Part shown: positions 12,807 to 27,808 of the stretch, piece after piece | Numbering within the stretch: position 1 is the stretch's first letter | How the letters are laid out: each line of letters opens with the position of its first letter | Origin: the human T2T-CHM13v2.0 reference genome, Homo sapiens | Strand: one strand, 5' to 3' | NCBI RefSeq assembly: GCF_009914755.1 | Contig: NC_060947.1 | Length of the DNA: 64,000 nt | Program-made: the position numbers and the translations under genes | Notes under the pieces: model-generated | The model's input: only the letters and a program-made list of their open reading frames with translations | Database searches by the model: none | What the model was told of the DNA's origin: nothing

Positions 12807-13187
12807 GGCTGGGAGTGGTGGCTTACACCTGTAATCCTGGTGCTTTGGGAAACTGAGTTAAGAGGGTTGTTTGAGGCCAGGAGTTCAAGACAAACCTGAG
12901 CAACATTGTGAGACCCTGTCTCTATAAAAAGTAAAAACTAGCCAGACATGGTGGCAGGCACCTGTAATCCCACCAACTCAGCAGTCTGAGGCAGGAGGAT
13001 TGCTGGAACCCAGGAGTTTGAGTTTGCAGTGAGCCATGATTTCACCACTCAACTCCACTGGGTGAGAGAGTGAGATCCTGTCTCTTATAAAATATATATT
13101 ACATTAAATTATATTCTGCATTACAAATATTATAATATAATTATATATTATAAATACTATATTGTTAATATATTGATATATATACTT
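12807..13187 (+). mobile_element. AluJ with its tail decayed into AT-rich microsatellite
   Basis: GGTTGTTTGAGGCCAGGAGTTCAAGAC, GGAGGATTGCT (J diagnostics); TSD AAAATACTTA..TCT. Confidence 0.9.
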
Positions 13188-13272
13188 AAAAATACTTATA
13201 TCTTGTTACTTTAATCATTACCACTTCATAATTACATAGTATTTTCTAAATTTTACAGACATTTTACATGCT

Positions 13273-13645
13273 CGTATGGTTTCAATATTTGTCCTGTCCA
13301 AAATTTATGCTGAAATGTAATTGCCATTGTAACAGTATTAAGAGTTGGGATCTTTAAGAGATGATTAGACCATGAGGTCAAATCCTATCCTCATATGTGT
13401 AGGATTAATGCTTTTAGAAAAGTGTGAACTTGGCCCCTTTTTTTTCTCTATGCTTGTCTACCTTACTCTGTGTGAGGACACAGTGTTCCTCTTCTCTGAA
13501 GGACACAGCAAGAAGGCCCTCAGAAGATGCTGGCACCCTGATCTTGGACTTCCTTGCTTCCAGAACTGTGAGAAAATAAAACTGTGTTCTTTTAAGTTAT
13601 CCACTCTCAGCTATTCTGTTATAGTAGCAAAAATTGACTGAGACA
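13273..13645 (+). mobile_element. MST (MSTB-like) MaLR LTR followed by a MIR (~13646-13865)
   Basis: TATGGTTTCAATATTTGTCC..., GATCTTGGACTTCC..TCCAGAACTGTGAGAAAATAAA, ends GACTGAGACA. Confidence 0.8.
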
Positions 13646-14424
13646 CATATCTTATTTGATCCTCACAACAACCTTTTAGGTAGGCAGTGAAGACAAATAC
13701 ATTTATTTTAGCCTATTTTTCACATATACCTATCTAGATTTTATGGGTAATGTAAGACTAATAAAATTTAAGTTATGTGTCCAGGTCATACGGTTATTAT
13801 GATACAAAATTGGGACTATAACTCAGGTCTTCTGAATCCTAAAACAGTTCTGTTTTCATTACTATGAAAACAACTGCCTTAAGATAATAAAACACTGATT
13901 AGCCAGATCAGAGGAATTGTAATTCTTAGTAATCACATTTTAATTTTGTTCTACAGTGCTATAGGAGGAAGAGGAATACTGATAACTAGAAAATAAAGAT
14001 ATAAAACACGATAAAATATTCTCTAGTAGACGATGAGATCTAAAAGTTACATCTTCAGACCAAGTCTCTTAAAATATCTTTATTTACAAGTAAAAGAAAG
14101 TCATTTTTATAAATGATTTATTTTAAGAATAATGGCCGAAGGTCCTGAAAGATTCTCAATCACCAAAGAATGAATTACCTTCCCCAGACTACCATTACTG
14201 AGGCAGCAAAATGGACTAACACAACTAAAACATGTTTAAAATATTTTCAGCAGAGGAATGAAACATAATTGTTTCATTTTAAATACTCAGGCAAAAACTA
14301 TGTAAACCAGAATGCTCATTTTCTAACATTTTGTTACATTGAAATTTTACTATACTACTTTTCACGTAGTATCCCAAATTTATCAAAATCTTAATGGCAG
14401 ACAATTGAGAATGACTACTAATTT

Positions 14425-14519
14425 CTTTAAAGATGCTATGTCCAAATACAGTCACATTCAAAAGTACTGGGGACTAGGATTTCAACATATGATTTTGTAG
14501 AGAGACACAACCCATAACA
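14425..14519 (-). mobile_element. MLT1A/B 5' fragment
   Basis: TCCAAATACAGTCACATTC..GTACTGGGGACTAGGATTTCAACATATG...CCCATAACA. Confidence 0.7.
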
Positions 14520-14669
14520 GCCTTCCAAACTTTTAAACAAAACTAAGTAATAAGTTTCAAATGAATTTGAATATACTGGGCTCATTATGAACTGAGGTCT
14601 AAGGTATTTGCCTTATAGTTGTAAATTAGCAGTGCTAATTATAATTTTTTAAAGTTTATGTTTCAAATA

Positions 14670-17600
14670 ATACTGCACTGAACCCTGGGCCCCTGTCCAT
14701 CCTTGAGGTTTTGAAATAGCCCATCTTACTGATGGCAGTGGTGGACCATCTAGAGTGGCCACTGACATCATGCTGGGTGCAGTGGGGAGACTTGAACAGT
14801 GGTAGCAGGAGTGGCTGTGGGAGCAGCAAAGGCAGTGGTGAAACTCCTGTGCCACATGTCTCCTGTGCCCTGAGGAACCCAACTGCATGACCCCCATTCT
14901 TGTGTTGCTGGGTGGGACCCACTCCCAGGCCCAGAGCCTCCACCACTCCAGACCCTGTCCCCGTGTTGCCACTCTCGCCCACTGCTGCTGCAGATAGGGC
15001 ATGGAGAGGAGGTAGACAGTCTCTGGAGCCCACCCTTAGGAACCTCCTGGAGTCCCCCACCCTGGGGGCCACCATAATGGGGCCAGGCTGAATCACCTGA
15101 TAGCTGGGGAGCAGTGCGGTCGGGAAGAGAGGGACCCCAAAATGGAGCTGATCCAGGGGCAGGGACGCGTTTGCACATGGAGCATGGGGGCCAGGCCTGG
15201 GGTGTGGAGCTGGGGCCATGTTTCAGGGGCCCAGGGTGGGAACTGGGAGCAGTGCCCACTTTGGGGACCTGGTCAGTGGCACAGCCACAACATTCACCCC
15301 ACTGAGGGCGCTGGGTTCCTGTGCTTCATGAGGCGGCTCTGCATGGGGCTGCCCAGGGCCGCATCCCCAGGGACTGCCCTGCATCAGGGTGACCACCGAT
15401 CCTGACACTCCTGACTGCTGGGACCGGGACCTGCAATTCGCTTCTAGAGGCACTCCCTGGGCAGAACCATGAGCCAGATGAGGGGAAGCCCCAAGCTACT
15501 CCTGAATGCTGGGGACGTGGTAGGAGCTCATGGTGACATTACCCCTGCCCCGGATGCCAGCCTGGGCCCACTAATGACCTGGAGCCCCTGTCCCAGGCTG
15601 TGAAGGGGCATGATCAGGGCTGCATGCTCCAAAGAACCAGCAGGAGCTAGGGACAAGTGAGAGCCCCGCCATTCCAAGTTGGTGGGGCAGGAGCTCCCTG
15701 AGTGCAGCTGCAGCCACCCTGCCATGGCTGTGGATCCAAGCATCTCTGTACTCTGGGAAACCTGGGAAGGCCCCTCTGCCCCCCAACAGGATTGAGGATG
15801 CCTGCTTCCACTGCCTGGCTGTTCCCTGCTGTCAACATCTGCTCCAGTCTTGGAACAAGTTCGGGGCTGAGCCAGAGTGCTGTGTCGCAGCCTCGCTGGG
15901 TGTGCACATGCTTGAGGAAGCGCTGACATGCCAACCCCCTGCCACCTCGGTCCCCTCCAGACATTGAGTGTCAACAGGCATAGGAGGGAGGCTGAGGGGG
16001 TGCTGAGGACTGCCCAGTGCTGGCCTGCAGGTGCCCCTTGGCATGAACAGCCTGGGCACATTGAATAGCGGCATGAAGCAGACAGGCTTTGGGGCAGAAG
16101 GGGGTGGGTCCCTTCTGAAGCCCCACCTTAAAGCCAAAGAGGACCTAAAGCCTGGGTGCCAGGCCACCAGTCCCATGGACCAGAGGGGGAAATTGTGGTG
16201 CTTTTCCCTGGGCCCTCCCATGGCTGCCCATGGGAGGCTTCAGACTCAGCCACACTTGAAGAGAAGATGGAAAGACAATGGGGAGATAGCGGAATGACCT
16301 GCCTGCAGAAAGGAGCTTTCCACTCCAGGGAGTTGAACACTCAATGAGATGACCTGTCTGCAGAGAGGAGCTTCCTACTCTAGGGTCTCCTCTCTGCTAG
16401 GAGTTGAACACTCATCGGGACACTCTGGCTGTAGAAAGGGGATATCTACTGCAGGTCTCCTCTGAGCTGTTCTACCGCTCAATAAAGCCCCTTTTCCTCT
16501 TGCTCACCTTCCACTTGTCTGCATACCTCATTCTTCCTGGTCACAGGACAAGAACTCAGGACCCACTGAATGATGAGGCTAAAAGAGCAGTAACACAAAC
16601 AGGGCTGACACATGCCCTTGCTCACCACATTGCAAGAGAAGAGAAGAGAAAAGTTGTGGCCCTTTGGGGAGCCCAGACCTGGGAGCTCCCCAAGCCAGGG
16701 CTGTGACTCCCTCTTTGGGTCCCTGCAGTTGCCGGTGTCTCCAAGTTTCTGGGCACCAACGCATTCCCTGGTGCCAGCCTAGGAAGCTGCGTGTGGTGCA
16801 CCTGGTTCAGCCACAGCCTCGCAGACAGCCAACACTCATGTCAGCACCTGGAGTTGCCCACTCTGCAACAGTAGCCGGAGTGTCTGACTGGACAGTGGCT
16901 GGACCCCATAATTGCTCACACACTCCTCGCTGCTCCACACCTGATTTGCAGTCTCCCTTGAAAATGTGGGATCCAGGCTGGTAGCATGAGATGAGTGCAG
17001 CCTGCCAGATCAAGTGGGCAGAATGAGCCCAGTGGGCACAAGCAAAACTTGGGCAAAGGTGCCACCAGCCACGGAGGTTTCTGGCCAGAAAAGTAACACC
17101 CCAAAGACCCCGTAACATTACCCTGTACCCCATAACCTTTTTTCTTGTGTTTCAATGGTAATCTGTTAGCCTGGGACAACCCTCCATCTCTGTCCTATGG
17201 ATCTCTTGTGTCTTCTGCCTTGGGCTAGCCTATATCCTTGTTTCCATGACCTTATAGTGACTCTCACTCAAAGCAATTTAGTAATAAAATGATTATCTCT
17301 TTTCTTAAAACTCTGCTTTTCAGCTAATTACTGCAAGGGGGTGGACTTCTCTCCCCCTCCTTTAGAATATTACTTTGAAGGTCTTGATGCATCTGGAGAA
17401 GGGTGTGGAGGTAATTAGAGAAATGGAGGCTATAGGAGGAAGTGGAAGGAAACAAGATGAATACTCATAGAAAGCCTTCATATGCTCATGAAAATAGCGG
17501 CCCTGGGATGCAAAAGGGCAATGTTTATTCACCCTCTGGGCAGAATATAGTAACCTCTGGAAGGCTTGGACCTGGCATAAGAACTTGCAAATAAAGGAAA

Positions 17601-18459
17601 AATTCCCCCTGCTCCCAAAGTGGTGCTTACTCAGAAAAACCAAAAGAAAGTAGATGGGATCCTTAAAGGTTCAGAGTGAAGCCCTATGCAGGTGAACAAA
17701 CTGCTTTTAAAGGCCACCAAAAACTTGGCCCCAGGGCATAACAGAAATAAAAAGCGTACAGTAAATTATAAGGAGCTGGCAGAGCTAGAGTTCCAATTAG
17801 TGTCTGTCCAGGCCATACGCCAGCAGACAGAAGAACAGTTGGAGGCCCTCTGAGCTGGTAAAAACAAGTAAAAATCTCAGGGGATATCTATAAGGGAGCC
17901 CACGTCTTTGCTGCCGCAGAAACGCAGAGAGTCATAGGGAGTGTGTGTTTAAGAAGTCATGTGGCATGCAAAGTGAAAGCAAAGAGGTGCACTTGCCCCT
18001 GAGGCAGATGGTCTGGCAGGTGCACAAGGCTATTTCAGAACACACATAGAGAAAACGGGAGAATGGGCCATTGGGCCATGCAGGGTTTTGGAAAAGAGCT
18101 AATTTTAGTCAAAAAACAGAGGAAACCCCAAGACACTGCATGGTTTTAGACCTTAGCCTCACCACTCTTTTGAGCCTCCCTTCCAGAAGGGTCATCAGTG
18201 CCTCAGATCTACTTGGTATGGACCCTAAGGTCCTTCCCACCTCCACAAGCAACCCATCATGGTGAGCTGAGAAATTAGCTGCGGGGAACAGAGTTACTTA
18301 TGACCAAGAGGAATTGTTCTGGGGGATGGGTAGTAAGCAGGAGAGAGAAAAAGGGGAGAAGAAAACAACACACGGGGGTCAAATGCCTCCAGCTGACGAA
18401 GGTGAAGCATAGAGATCTCTCACCACTAGGGAGCAATCCAAGCCAAACAGCATCAAATA
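14670..18459 (-). mobile_element. ERV1 internal region (MER50-int-like), interrupted by MER52
   Basis: Contiguous with the MER50 LTR through PBS-like sequence; host reads through the MER52 TSD. Confidence 0.55.
14730..17117 (+). mobile_element. Long solo MER52 LTR (MER52D-like, ~2.4 kb, GC-rich)
   Basis: Begins TGATGGCAGTGGTGGACCATCTAGAGTGGCC, ends CCAAAGACCCCGTAACA; perfect 4-bp TSD TTAC (14726-29 / 17118-21); AATAAA at 16481. Confidence 0.88.
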
Positions 18460-19268
18460 TGTTAAGGGTAGAAGGTATCCAAGTCACATGGTATCAATAT
18501 GTTAGTGGTGGAGAATATCCACATGACCAGTGGCAAATTTGTACCGGTCTGTAGCAATCTCAGTTCTTGCCTCCTCAGAAGAAAGAATTCAACTGAGGGG
18601 GCATAAGGCAGAAAAAGAGATGAAGGCAAATTTCAGAACAGTAGCAGAAGCTTATTAAAAACTTCAGAGCAAGCAAGAAAGGAAAGTACATTTGGAAGAG
18701 ACCCAAGTGGTTGACTTGGAGGACAATCGTGGTGTTTGACCTTTTGACTTGGGATTTTATATGTTGGCATACTTCCGGGGTCTCATGTCTCTTTTTCTAT
18801 GGTTCTTCCCTTAGGGTGGGCAACCTGCATGTGTGGAAGCCTGGACAAAAGACCCTGAAAGTATGCCAACATATAAAACCTCAAGTCAAAAGGTCAAACA
18901 CTACACTTACCCTTCAAGTTGCTCACGTGGGGCGTGTGTTTAAGAAGTTGTATGCCTGCCCACCTGAGGCTTTCTTTTCTTTTCCGGTAGAATGGCCCCA
19001 GAAGGTCATACTCTGCCATTTTGTCTTTTAGTGTGCATGCTTGAGCTTACTCGCCCAACTCCTGAAAGGTGCCAATTACCAGTTACAGATGTTTCCTGTC
19101 TATAGGGAGGCTGCCTTCCCCTGGTGCTGGTTGCGACCAATTATTATTTTAGAGAGTCAGTTAAAAACCACCTGACCATCACCAGATGGTCACCTGACTT
19201 TCCTGGTGGGGGTGTAAGGAGGGCCCTCTCCTGCCCTGCTCATGCCTAACTAACTACCTACTGTAACA
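18460..19268 (-). mobile_element. MER50-family LTR
   Basis: Minus strand starts TGTTACAGTAGGTAGTTAGTTAGGCATGAGCAGGGCAGGAGAGGGC; contains TTCTTGCCTCCTCAGAAGAAAGAATTCAACTGAGGGGGCATAAGGCAG. Confidence 0.85.
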
Positions 19269-19706
19269 TTTCCACTTAATTCCAAAGGTGTATTTGAGAA
19301 AACATCAGATACTCTGACTACAGAACCCATGCTCTTAACTACTGCTTAATAATTAGAAGTTAGAATTGATATTCTCTTAATGTTAAGGCCCCTAACCAAA
19401 ATCTGTGTTTGAGTGAATGATTTAACCTACCTCTGCAACTGGGTTGAGAAAAAGGTACTTGTGAATTGGAGTAGAGTTTTGAGTTTTTTGTTTGTTTTAC
19501 TTTTAGTTTTGTTTTTTTAATTTATAAATATTACCAAGATAAAAGGGCAATTAAGACCCAAGAGGTTTATATCGTAGTGAGAATGCAATACTTTTGACTT
19601 GTACATTTTATCAAAACAGGTATTTTTAGTCATTTAAGAGAGTTATAGAAAACTCTCTAAGTCATCATGCTTTAAACACAATTTCAAGCAATAATTACTC
19701 CTCAAT

Positions 19707-20198
19707 GCTAGTTTCCTATGACTGCAGTAAAAAATGAACATAAACTTAGTACCTTAAAATAGCACAAATTTCTTATCACATAGTTCCAGAGGTCAGAAAC
19801 CAGGCCTGGGTTAAAGTCAAGGTGTTAACAGGGCTGCGTCACTTTCTGCAGTCTCAAAGAAATAATCTACTTTCTTGCCTTTTCCTGCTTCTAGGGTCCA
19901 CCTGTAGTCCTTGGCTCATGCTCTCTTCCACCATCTCCAAAGCTAGCAATTGCATTCTGATCTATATTTCCATCACAGTATCTCCTTCTTTGACTCTTCT
20001 GCCTCCCTCTTTTATCTTTCAAGACTCCTTGTAATTGGATTTAAGGCCCACCTAGATAATATAGAATAATCTCCCCACATCAAGATCCTTAACCTAATCA
20101 CATATGCAAAATCTCTTTTGACAAGTAAGGTAACTATTCACAAATTCTCAGGATTAGGATGTTGATATCTTTGGAGGACTGCTATTCTGCCTTCTATA
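19707..20198 (-). mobile_element. MLT1 (C/D-like) LTR
   Basis: TAGTTTCCTATGACTGCAGTAA..., CCCACCTAGATAAT, AAGATCCTTAACCTAATCACAT, ATTCTGCCTTCTA. Confidence 0.8.
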
Positions 20199-20649
20199 TA
20201 ATCTGACAATTAACAGCTACACAAAACAATATAAATCAAGAGGGGAGTTATTGGATTCAATTAATCTTGAGAGACTAATGATTTTAAGAAGCAAAACAAG
20301 ATATTTACCAACTCTAGATTTTGTTCTCTGAACAAAAGGAAAGTTAAATTCTAGTAAATTTCCTGAGCAGACTCTAACTTAGTCTGATTTTTAATAAAAA
20401 CAAGACTCAATTATCAGCTATATGGCATTCTCAGTACATTAACCAACCTTCCCAGTGAGAACAAGAGAAAGTGATAGATAATTTCTTTAAAAAATATATT
20501 TTATTTATTAAAGGAGCAAGAAGGAATTAAGAAATATTTAAGTCAAATTCTAAAACTCTTAATTAAAATTATCAAATAATTCTTATATTTAAAGCACCAA
20601 TAAATATGAACACCATGTGAAAAAATTGCAAAATTACATAGAATAAAAT

Positions 20650-21880
20650 AATTTATGAGCAAAAGCCAGTAGAATAAATAAAATAGACAAATAAGATGGC
20701 ATTGAGTACCCTTGGGAGGTAATTGTCTCCCCCACTGGCAGCATCAGTGAGGGCCGAGTGAAAGTCTTTACTAATACTCCCCAACAAGCCATGTCAGATG
20801 ACCTAAAATTCCACTTCCATGTTGGTACATTATAACAAAAGACCAAGTAGTGAGTCTAGACTTGCACCATTTCCAAGTTCTATCAAAAGGTGCCCGTCTC
20901 CCTCCCAAATAGAGGGTAAAGGAAGGATATCAAAGAGAAGGAAGTTGGAGACAGGGAATCTTTATATCTGCATAGGAAGTACTGAAAAGACCCTGCAATG
21001 ACTCACACCTTAATGTGACTAGTATCAACACACAGAAAGGTTTGAGAACTAAACTACAGTGTAGAAAATCACACTGTTTCAGAATGCCTCACAAGTGCTA
21101 CACAAAGTAAACCAAAATAGCACTGCAAGGGCTGTGGATAGTAAATTGTTATTGGAAACACAGCTCAAAAGAGGAGGCCAGACTTGCACACTAAAATAAG
21201 ATGAATTCCTAGTAAAACAGAAGATTTAAATAGAATCTGAAGTCTCATATGCCTAGGATATAATAGAAAATTACTCATCATACCCCAAAAAACGGAAAAT
21301 TACAACCTGAAAAAACAACAGAGGTCAAAATGCAAATTATTTAGATATTGCAATGATCTGGCAAATATTATGAAGCAGAATTTATAAAAATGCTCCAATG
21401 ATCAATTATAAATATTGTTGGAACTAATGGAAAAAATATATAATCTTGGCAAAGGAGCAAAAGAAATAAAATACAGCCAAATATAATATAATTTACAGAA
21501 TTAAAAAGTACATTAACTGAGATAAAAATTCACTACATTAGCTCAACAGTAGATTAAAAAGAAAAGAGAAAAGAATCAAGAAACTTGAAGAAAGAATAAT
21601 AGAATTTATCCATTATGAACAAGAGATAAAAAGTAGACTGGAAAAAAATGAAATTAGCCTTAGAGTCCTGTGGTGCAATAGCAAAAGATCTAACATCAAA
21701 GTTCCAGAATAAGAGGTAGAGACAATACCAGTAGACCATACTAAGTTATAGAGGTATATTGTCACACTTAGAACAACTACTAAGATAAACAAAGTAATAT
21801 ATAGAAAGGTACTGTAAGTAAATCAAGATAGAATTTTAAAAGTATTCAATTAAGAAAAGAGAAATATCAGAAGGAGGAAC
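20650..21880 (+). mobile_element. Ancient L1M 5'/ORF1 fragments
   Basis: A-rich L1 ORF1-like text (GCTCAACAGTAGATTA..AGAATCAAGAAACTTGAAGA..AGCCTTAGAGTCCTGTGG). Confidence 0.55.
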
Positions 21881-21894
21881 AGAAGAAATATATT

Positions 21895-22015
21895 GAGAAT
21901 TTGTGACTTGTTACCTTAGTTGGCAAGAGTCTTTGCATATGTGATTAGGTTAAGGATCTTGATGTGGAGAGATTATTCTAGATTATCTAGATGGGCCTTA
22001 AATTAAATTACAAGA
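21895..22015 (+). mobile_element. MLT1 fragment
   Basis: GTGATTAGGTTAAGGATCTTGATGTGGAGAGATTATTCTAGATTATCTAGATGGGCC. Confidence 0.7.
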
Positions 22016-22423
22016 AATATTATAAAACACAATAAAACGGTAAGGGGTAAAATCTCAGGCCTGGTAGAATGAGAAACTTGGTTAACTTGCTCTCCCTCTA
22101 AAACACTGTAAACACGGTCATGCATCAGTCAATGACAGGGATACATCATAGAGTGTACTTACAGGAACCTAGGTGGTATATCCTACTACACACCTAGGGT
22201 ATATTGTATAGCCAATTGCTCCTAGGCTACAAAACCTGTATACATGTTACCGTCCTGAATACCGCAGGCAATTGTAAAACAAGAGTAAGTATTTGTGTAT
22301 CTAAATATATCTATACTCAGAAAAGTTGCAGTAAAAATGTGGCATGAAAAATTAAAAAATGTAACACCTGTATGGTGCACATACCATCAATGGAGTTTGC
22401 AGGACTGAAAGTTGCTTGGGGTG

Positions 22424-22967
22424 TGTATTAGTCAGGGCTCTCTTAGAGGGACAGAACTAATAGGATAGGATAGATAGATATGATATGATATATATGTCAT
22501 ATATATCTATATATGATGTGATATATAGAGAGATATATTATATATATGATATGATATATAGCTATATCTGTAATATATGATATATCATATATATGGGAAT
22601 TTATTAAGTATTAACTTGCAGGGTCACAAGATCCCACAATAGGCTGTATGCAAGCTGAGGAGCAAGGAGAGCCAGTCCGAGTCCCAAAACTGAAGAACAT
22701 GGAGTTCGAGGACAGAAAGCATCCAGCATGGGTGAAAGATGTAGGCTGGGAGGCTAGGCCAGTCTCCCCTTTTCTCATTTTTCTGCCTGCTTTATATTCT
22801 ATGGCAGTTGATTAGATTCTGCCTGCCAGATTAAGGGTGGATCTGTCTTCCCCAGCCCACTGACTCAAATGTTAATCTCTTTTGGCAACACCCACACAGA
22901 CACACCCAGGATTAATACTTTGTATCTCTCAATCCAATCAAGTTGACACTCATTATTAATCATCACA
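22424..22967 (-). mobile_element. MLT2A (ERVL) LTR with internal (TA)n
   Basis: TGTATTAGTCAGGGCTCTCTTAGAGGGACAGAACTAATAGGATA...ATTAATCATCACA; perfect 5-bp TSD GGGTG. Confidence 0.9.
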
Positions 22968-23254
22968 GGGTGAGTCAGTGAATTACTCATGAGTTAATGT
23001 GAAGGCCCAGGATATTACTGTATACTACTGTGGACTGTAAAAACACTGTACACTTAGGCTACATTAAATTTATTTTAAAAATATTTTTCTTTCTTCAATG
23101 ATCAATTAAATTTAACTTTCTCTAATGTTTTTACTTTATAAACTTTTAAATTTGTTAACCTTTGTTTTTAAATAACACTTAAAACATAAACACATTGCAC
23201 GGCTGCACAAAAATATTTTCTTTTTTGTATCCTTATTCTGTAAGCTTTCATCTA

Positions 23255-23402
23255 TTTTTATTTATTTGTTTGTTTGTTTATTTTAAGAGACAGGGTTTCA
23301 CTATATTGCCTAGGCTGGCCTCAAACTCCTGGGCTCAAGATACCTTCCAGCCTCAGCCTCCCAAATAGCTGGGACTACAGGTGCATGCCACCATACTTAG
23401 CT
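23255..23402 (-). mobile_element. FLAM / monomeric Alu
   Basis: GAGACAGGGTTTCACTATATTGCCTAGGCTGGCCTCAAACTCCTGGGCTCAAG. Confidence 0.85.
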
Positions 23403-24021
23403 TTCAATTTTAAATTTATTTATTTACTTACTTTTAAAACTTTTTGTGTAAAAACTAAGCCACAAACACACACATGAGGCTAGGCCTACACAAGGTCAGG
23501 TTCATCAGTGTCATTGTCTTCCAACTCTACATCTTGTCCCCCTGGAAGGTCTTCAGGGGGCAATAACATGCATAGAGCTGTCATCTCCTATGATAACAAT
23601 GCCTTCTTCTGAAATACCTTGTGAAGGACATGCCTGAGCGTTCTTCTTCAGGATATATCACTATTGTCAGAAATATGCCCATGGTTAGTTGTTTGGTTTA
23701 TTTCATTGTTACATCACAGATGTGCTTAATGCACCATAAGCATTCCTCTCTATTAATGAAAACCTTTTGTTGTTGGGGGTCCGTATAACCTTTTAAAAAA
23801 TCTTGCTGAGGTCTTCAAAGGCTTCTGCTAAACCCTTCACTCCAATTTTCTTGGGGGTTCTTCATCATTTTTGTATTATTGCTTTCAATGAAGCAGATCC
23901 TCTAATAGCTTCCATCAGTTTCTTCTTGTTCTTCAAGATCATAGATCATGGTGGAATGGGATATGTGTGACTGGCAATAACTATCACTGAGTTTTCATCT
24001 TTGGAGTTTTTAATCACTTCT

Positions 24022-24322
24022 ATTTGTTTATTTATTTTTGAGATGGAGTTTCGCTCTTGTCACCCAGGCTGGAGTTCAATGGAGCGAACTTGGCTCACTG
24101 CAACTTCCGCCTCCTGGGTTCAAGCAATTCTCCTGCCTCAGCCTCCTGAGTAGCTAGGATTACCGGTGTGCGTCACCGTGCCTGGTTAATTTTGTATTTT
24201 TAGTAAAGATGGGGTTTCACCATGTTGACCAGGCTGGTCTTGAACTCCTGACCTCAGTTGATCTGCCCACCTTGGCCTCCCGAAGTGCTGGGATTACAGG
24301 CGCGAGCCACTGTGCCCGGCCC
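24022..24322 (-). mobile_element. AluS
   Basis: Full dimer; TSD TTAATCACTT. Confidence 0.95.
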
Positions 24323-24850
24323 TTAATCACTTTTAATTTTGCTTCCAGGTCAAGCTGTCAACCGTGGCTCTTACTGGCAACATTAGCAGTGGATTTTCGA
24401 CACTTAAGGGCCATGATGAACAAAATAACAAGAGATGTAAATCAAGCACAATAGAAAATGATGCAATTAAGAGACTCAGTAAACGTAAGATGTAAGAAGT
24501 TGCTGCCTGCATAGTATACTTTTTTAATAAGTAAAAGAAGTACACTCTAAAATTACAGTAAAAGTATATTAAATACATAAACCAGTAACTAATTGTTTTT
24601 ATTATTATCAAGTATTATGTACTGCACATAATAGTATGTGCTATCATTTTAATATGACTGGCTGCACAGTAGGTTTGTTTACACTAGCATCACCACAAAC
24701 ACCTGAGTAATGCATTGCACTATGATATTAGGATGGCTACAATGTCACTGAGCAATAGGGATTTTTGAGCTTCATTATAATGTTATGTGACCACTGTTGT
24801 ATATGTGATCTGTTGTTGACCAAAACATCATTATGCAGTACAAGACTGTA

Positions 24851-27095
<2,245 letters not shown>

Positions 27096-27104
27096 TGCAA
27101 GGAT

Positions 27105-27491
27105 CATCCACATCAGCCTGATTTCCTTGGCTTCTGGTGAGTACCTCAGGTTGCTTCTACTCCTGGCAGCGAGATACATATCTGACTTCTAACATACAGA
27201 GATCGCTTGGTGATAGAAGAAGCAAGAGAGGGGAAAGGTGCAAGGCTTTTTTTCTCAAGCCGCTCTGGGCTGGGGAGAATGGGTGGGGAGTAGGGAGGGT
27301 AGGAGTATGATCTCATGGGAGCTAATAGAATGAGAACTTGCTTATTATCACAAGTACAAGGATGATAGCATCAAGCCATTCATGAGGGATCCACCCCCAT
27401 GACCTAAACACCTCTCACTAAGCTCCCTCTCCAACACTGGGGATCAAATTCTAACATCAGGTTTGGAGAGCCAAATATGCAAACTATAGTA
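27105..27491 (-). mobile_element. MST-family LTR (partial)
   Basis: AAGCCATTCATGAGGGATCCACCCCCATGACCTAAACACCTC..GGGGATCAAATT. Confidence 0.75.
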
Positions 27492-27519
27492 ATTGCTTAC
27501 ACACAAAAATCTATGATAG

Positions 27520-27783
27520 GGAAATGAATAGAGACAGGAAAGATTAGTAATTGCTTAGGGCTGGCGAAGGAAAAGTAAGATGGAGGGTGCTAGAAAAAGG
27601 GTATGTGCTTTCTTTGTGAGGTGATAAAAATGTTCTAAAATTCACTTTGGTAATAGCTGTACATATCTGTGGATATACCAAACCCAACTTGAAATGTACA
27701 CTTTAAATGAGTAAATGGTATGGTATGTAAATTGTATCTCAATAAATGTGTTAAAAATCAAATTTAAATTAAAAAAAAAAAAA
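27520..27783 (+). mobile_element. L1MB/MC 3' end
   Basis: GGTGATAAAAATGTTCTAAAATT..TGTACACTTTAAATGAGT..TATCTCAATAAA plus A tail. Confidence 0.75.
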
Positions 27784-27808
27784 CAGTAAGTCCTGATTTG
27801 AAGACATC

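Larger units (their letters stand above)
22115..24848. mobile_element. Tigger3 (Golem) DNA transposon, internally deleted, with nested MLT2A, FLAM and Alu
   Basis: Termini CGGTCATGCATC / TATGCAGTACAAGACTG+TA; ACATCATAGAGTGTACTTAC..CTACTACACACCTAGG..CTCCTAGGCTACAAA. Confidence 0.85.

Noticed and set aside
14649-17179. Dense overlapping 60-187 aa ORFs on both strands
   Set aside because: They fall almost entirely in the GC-rich MER52 LTR, where stops are rare; no recognisable protein.
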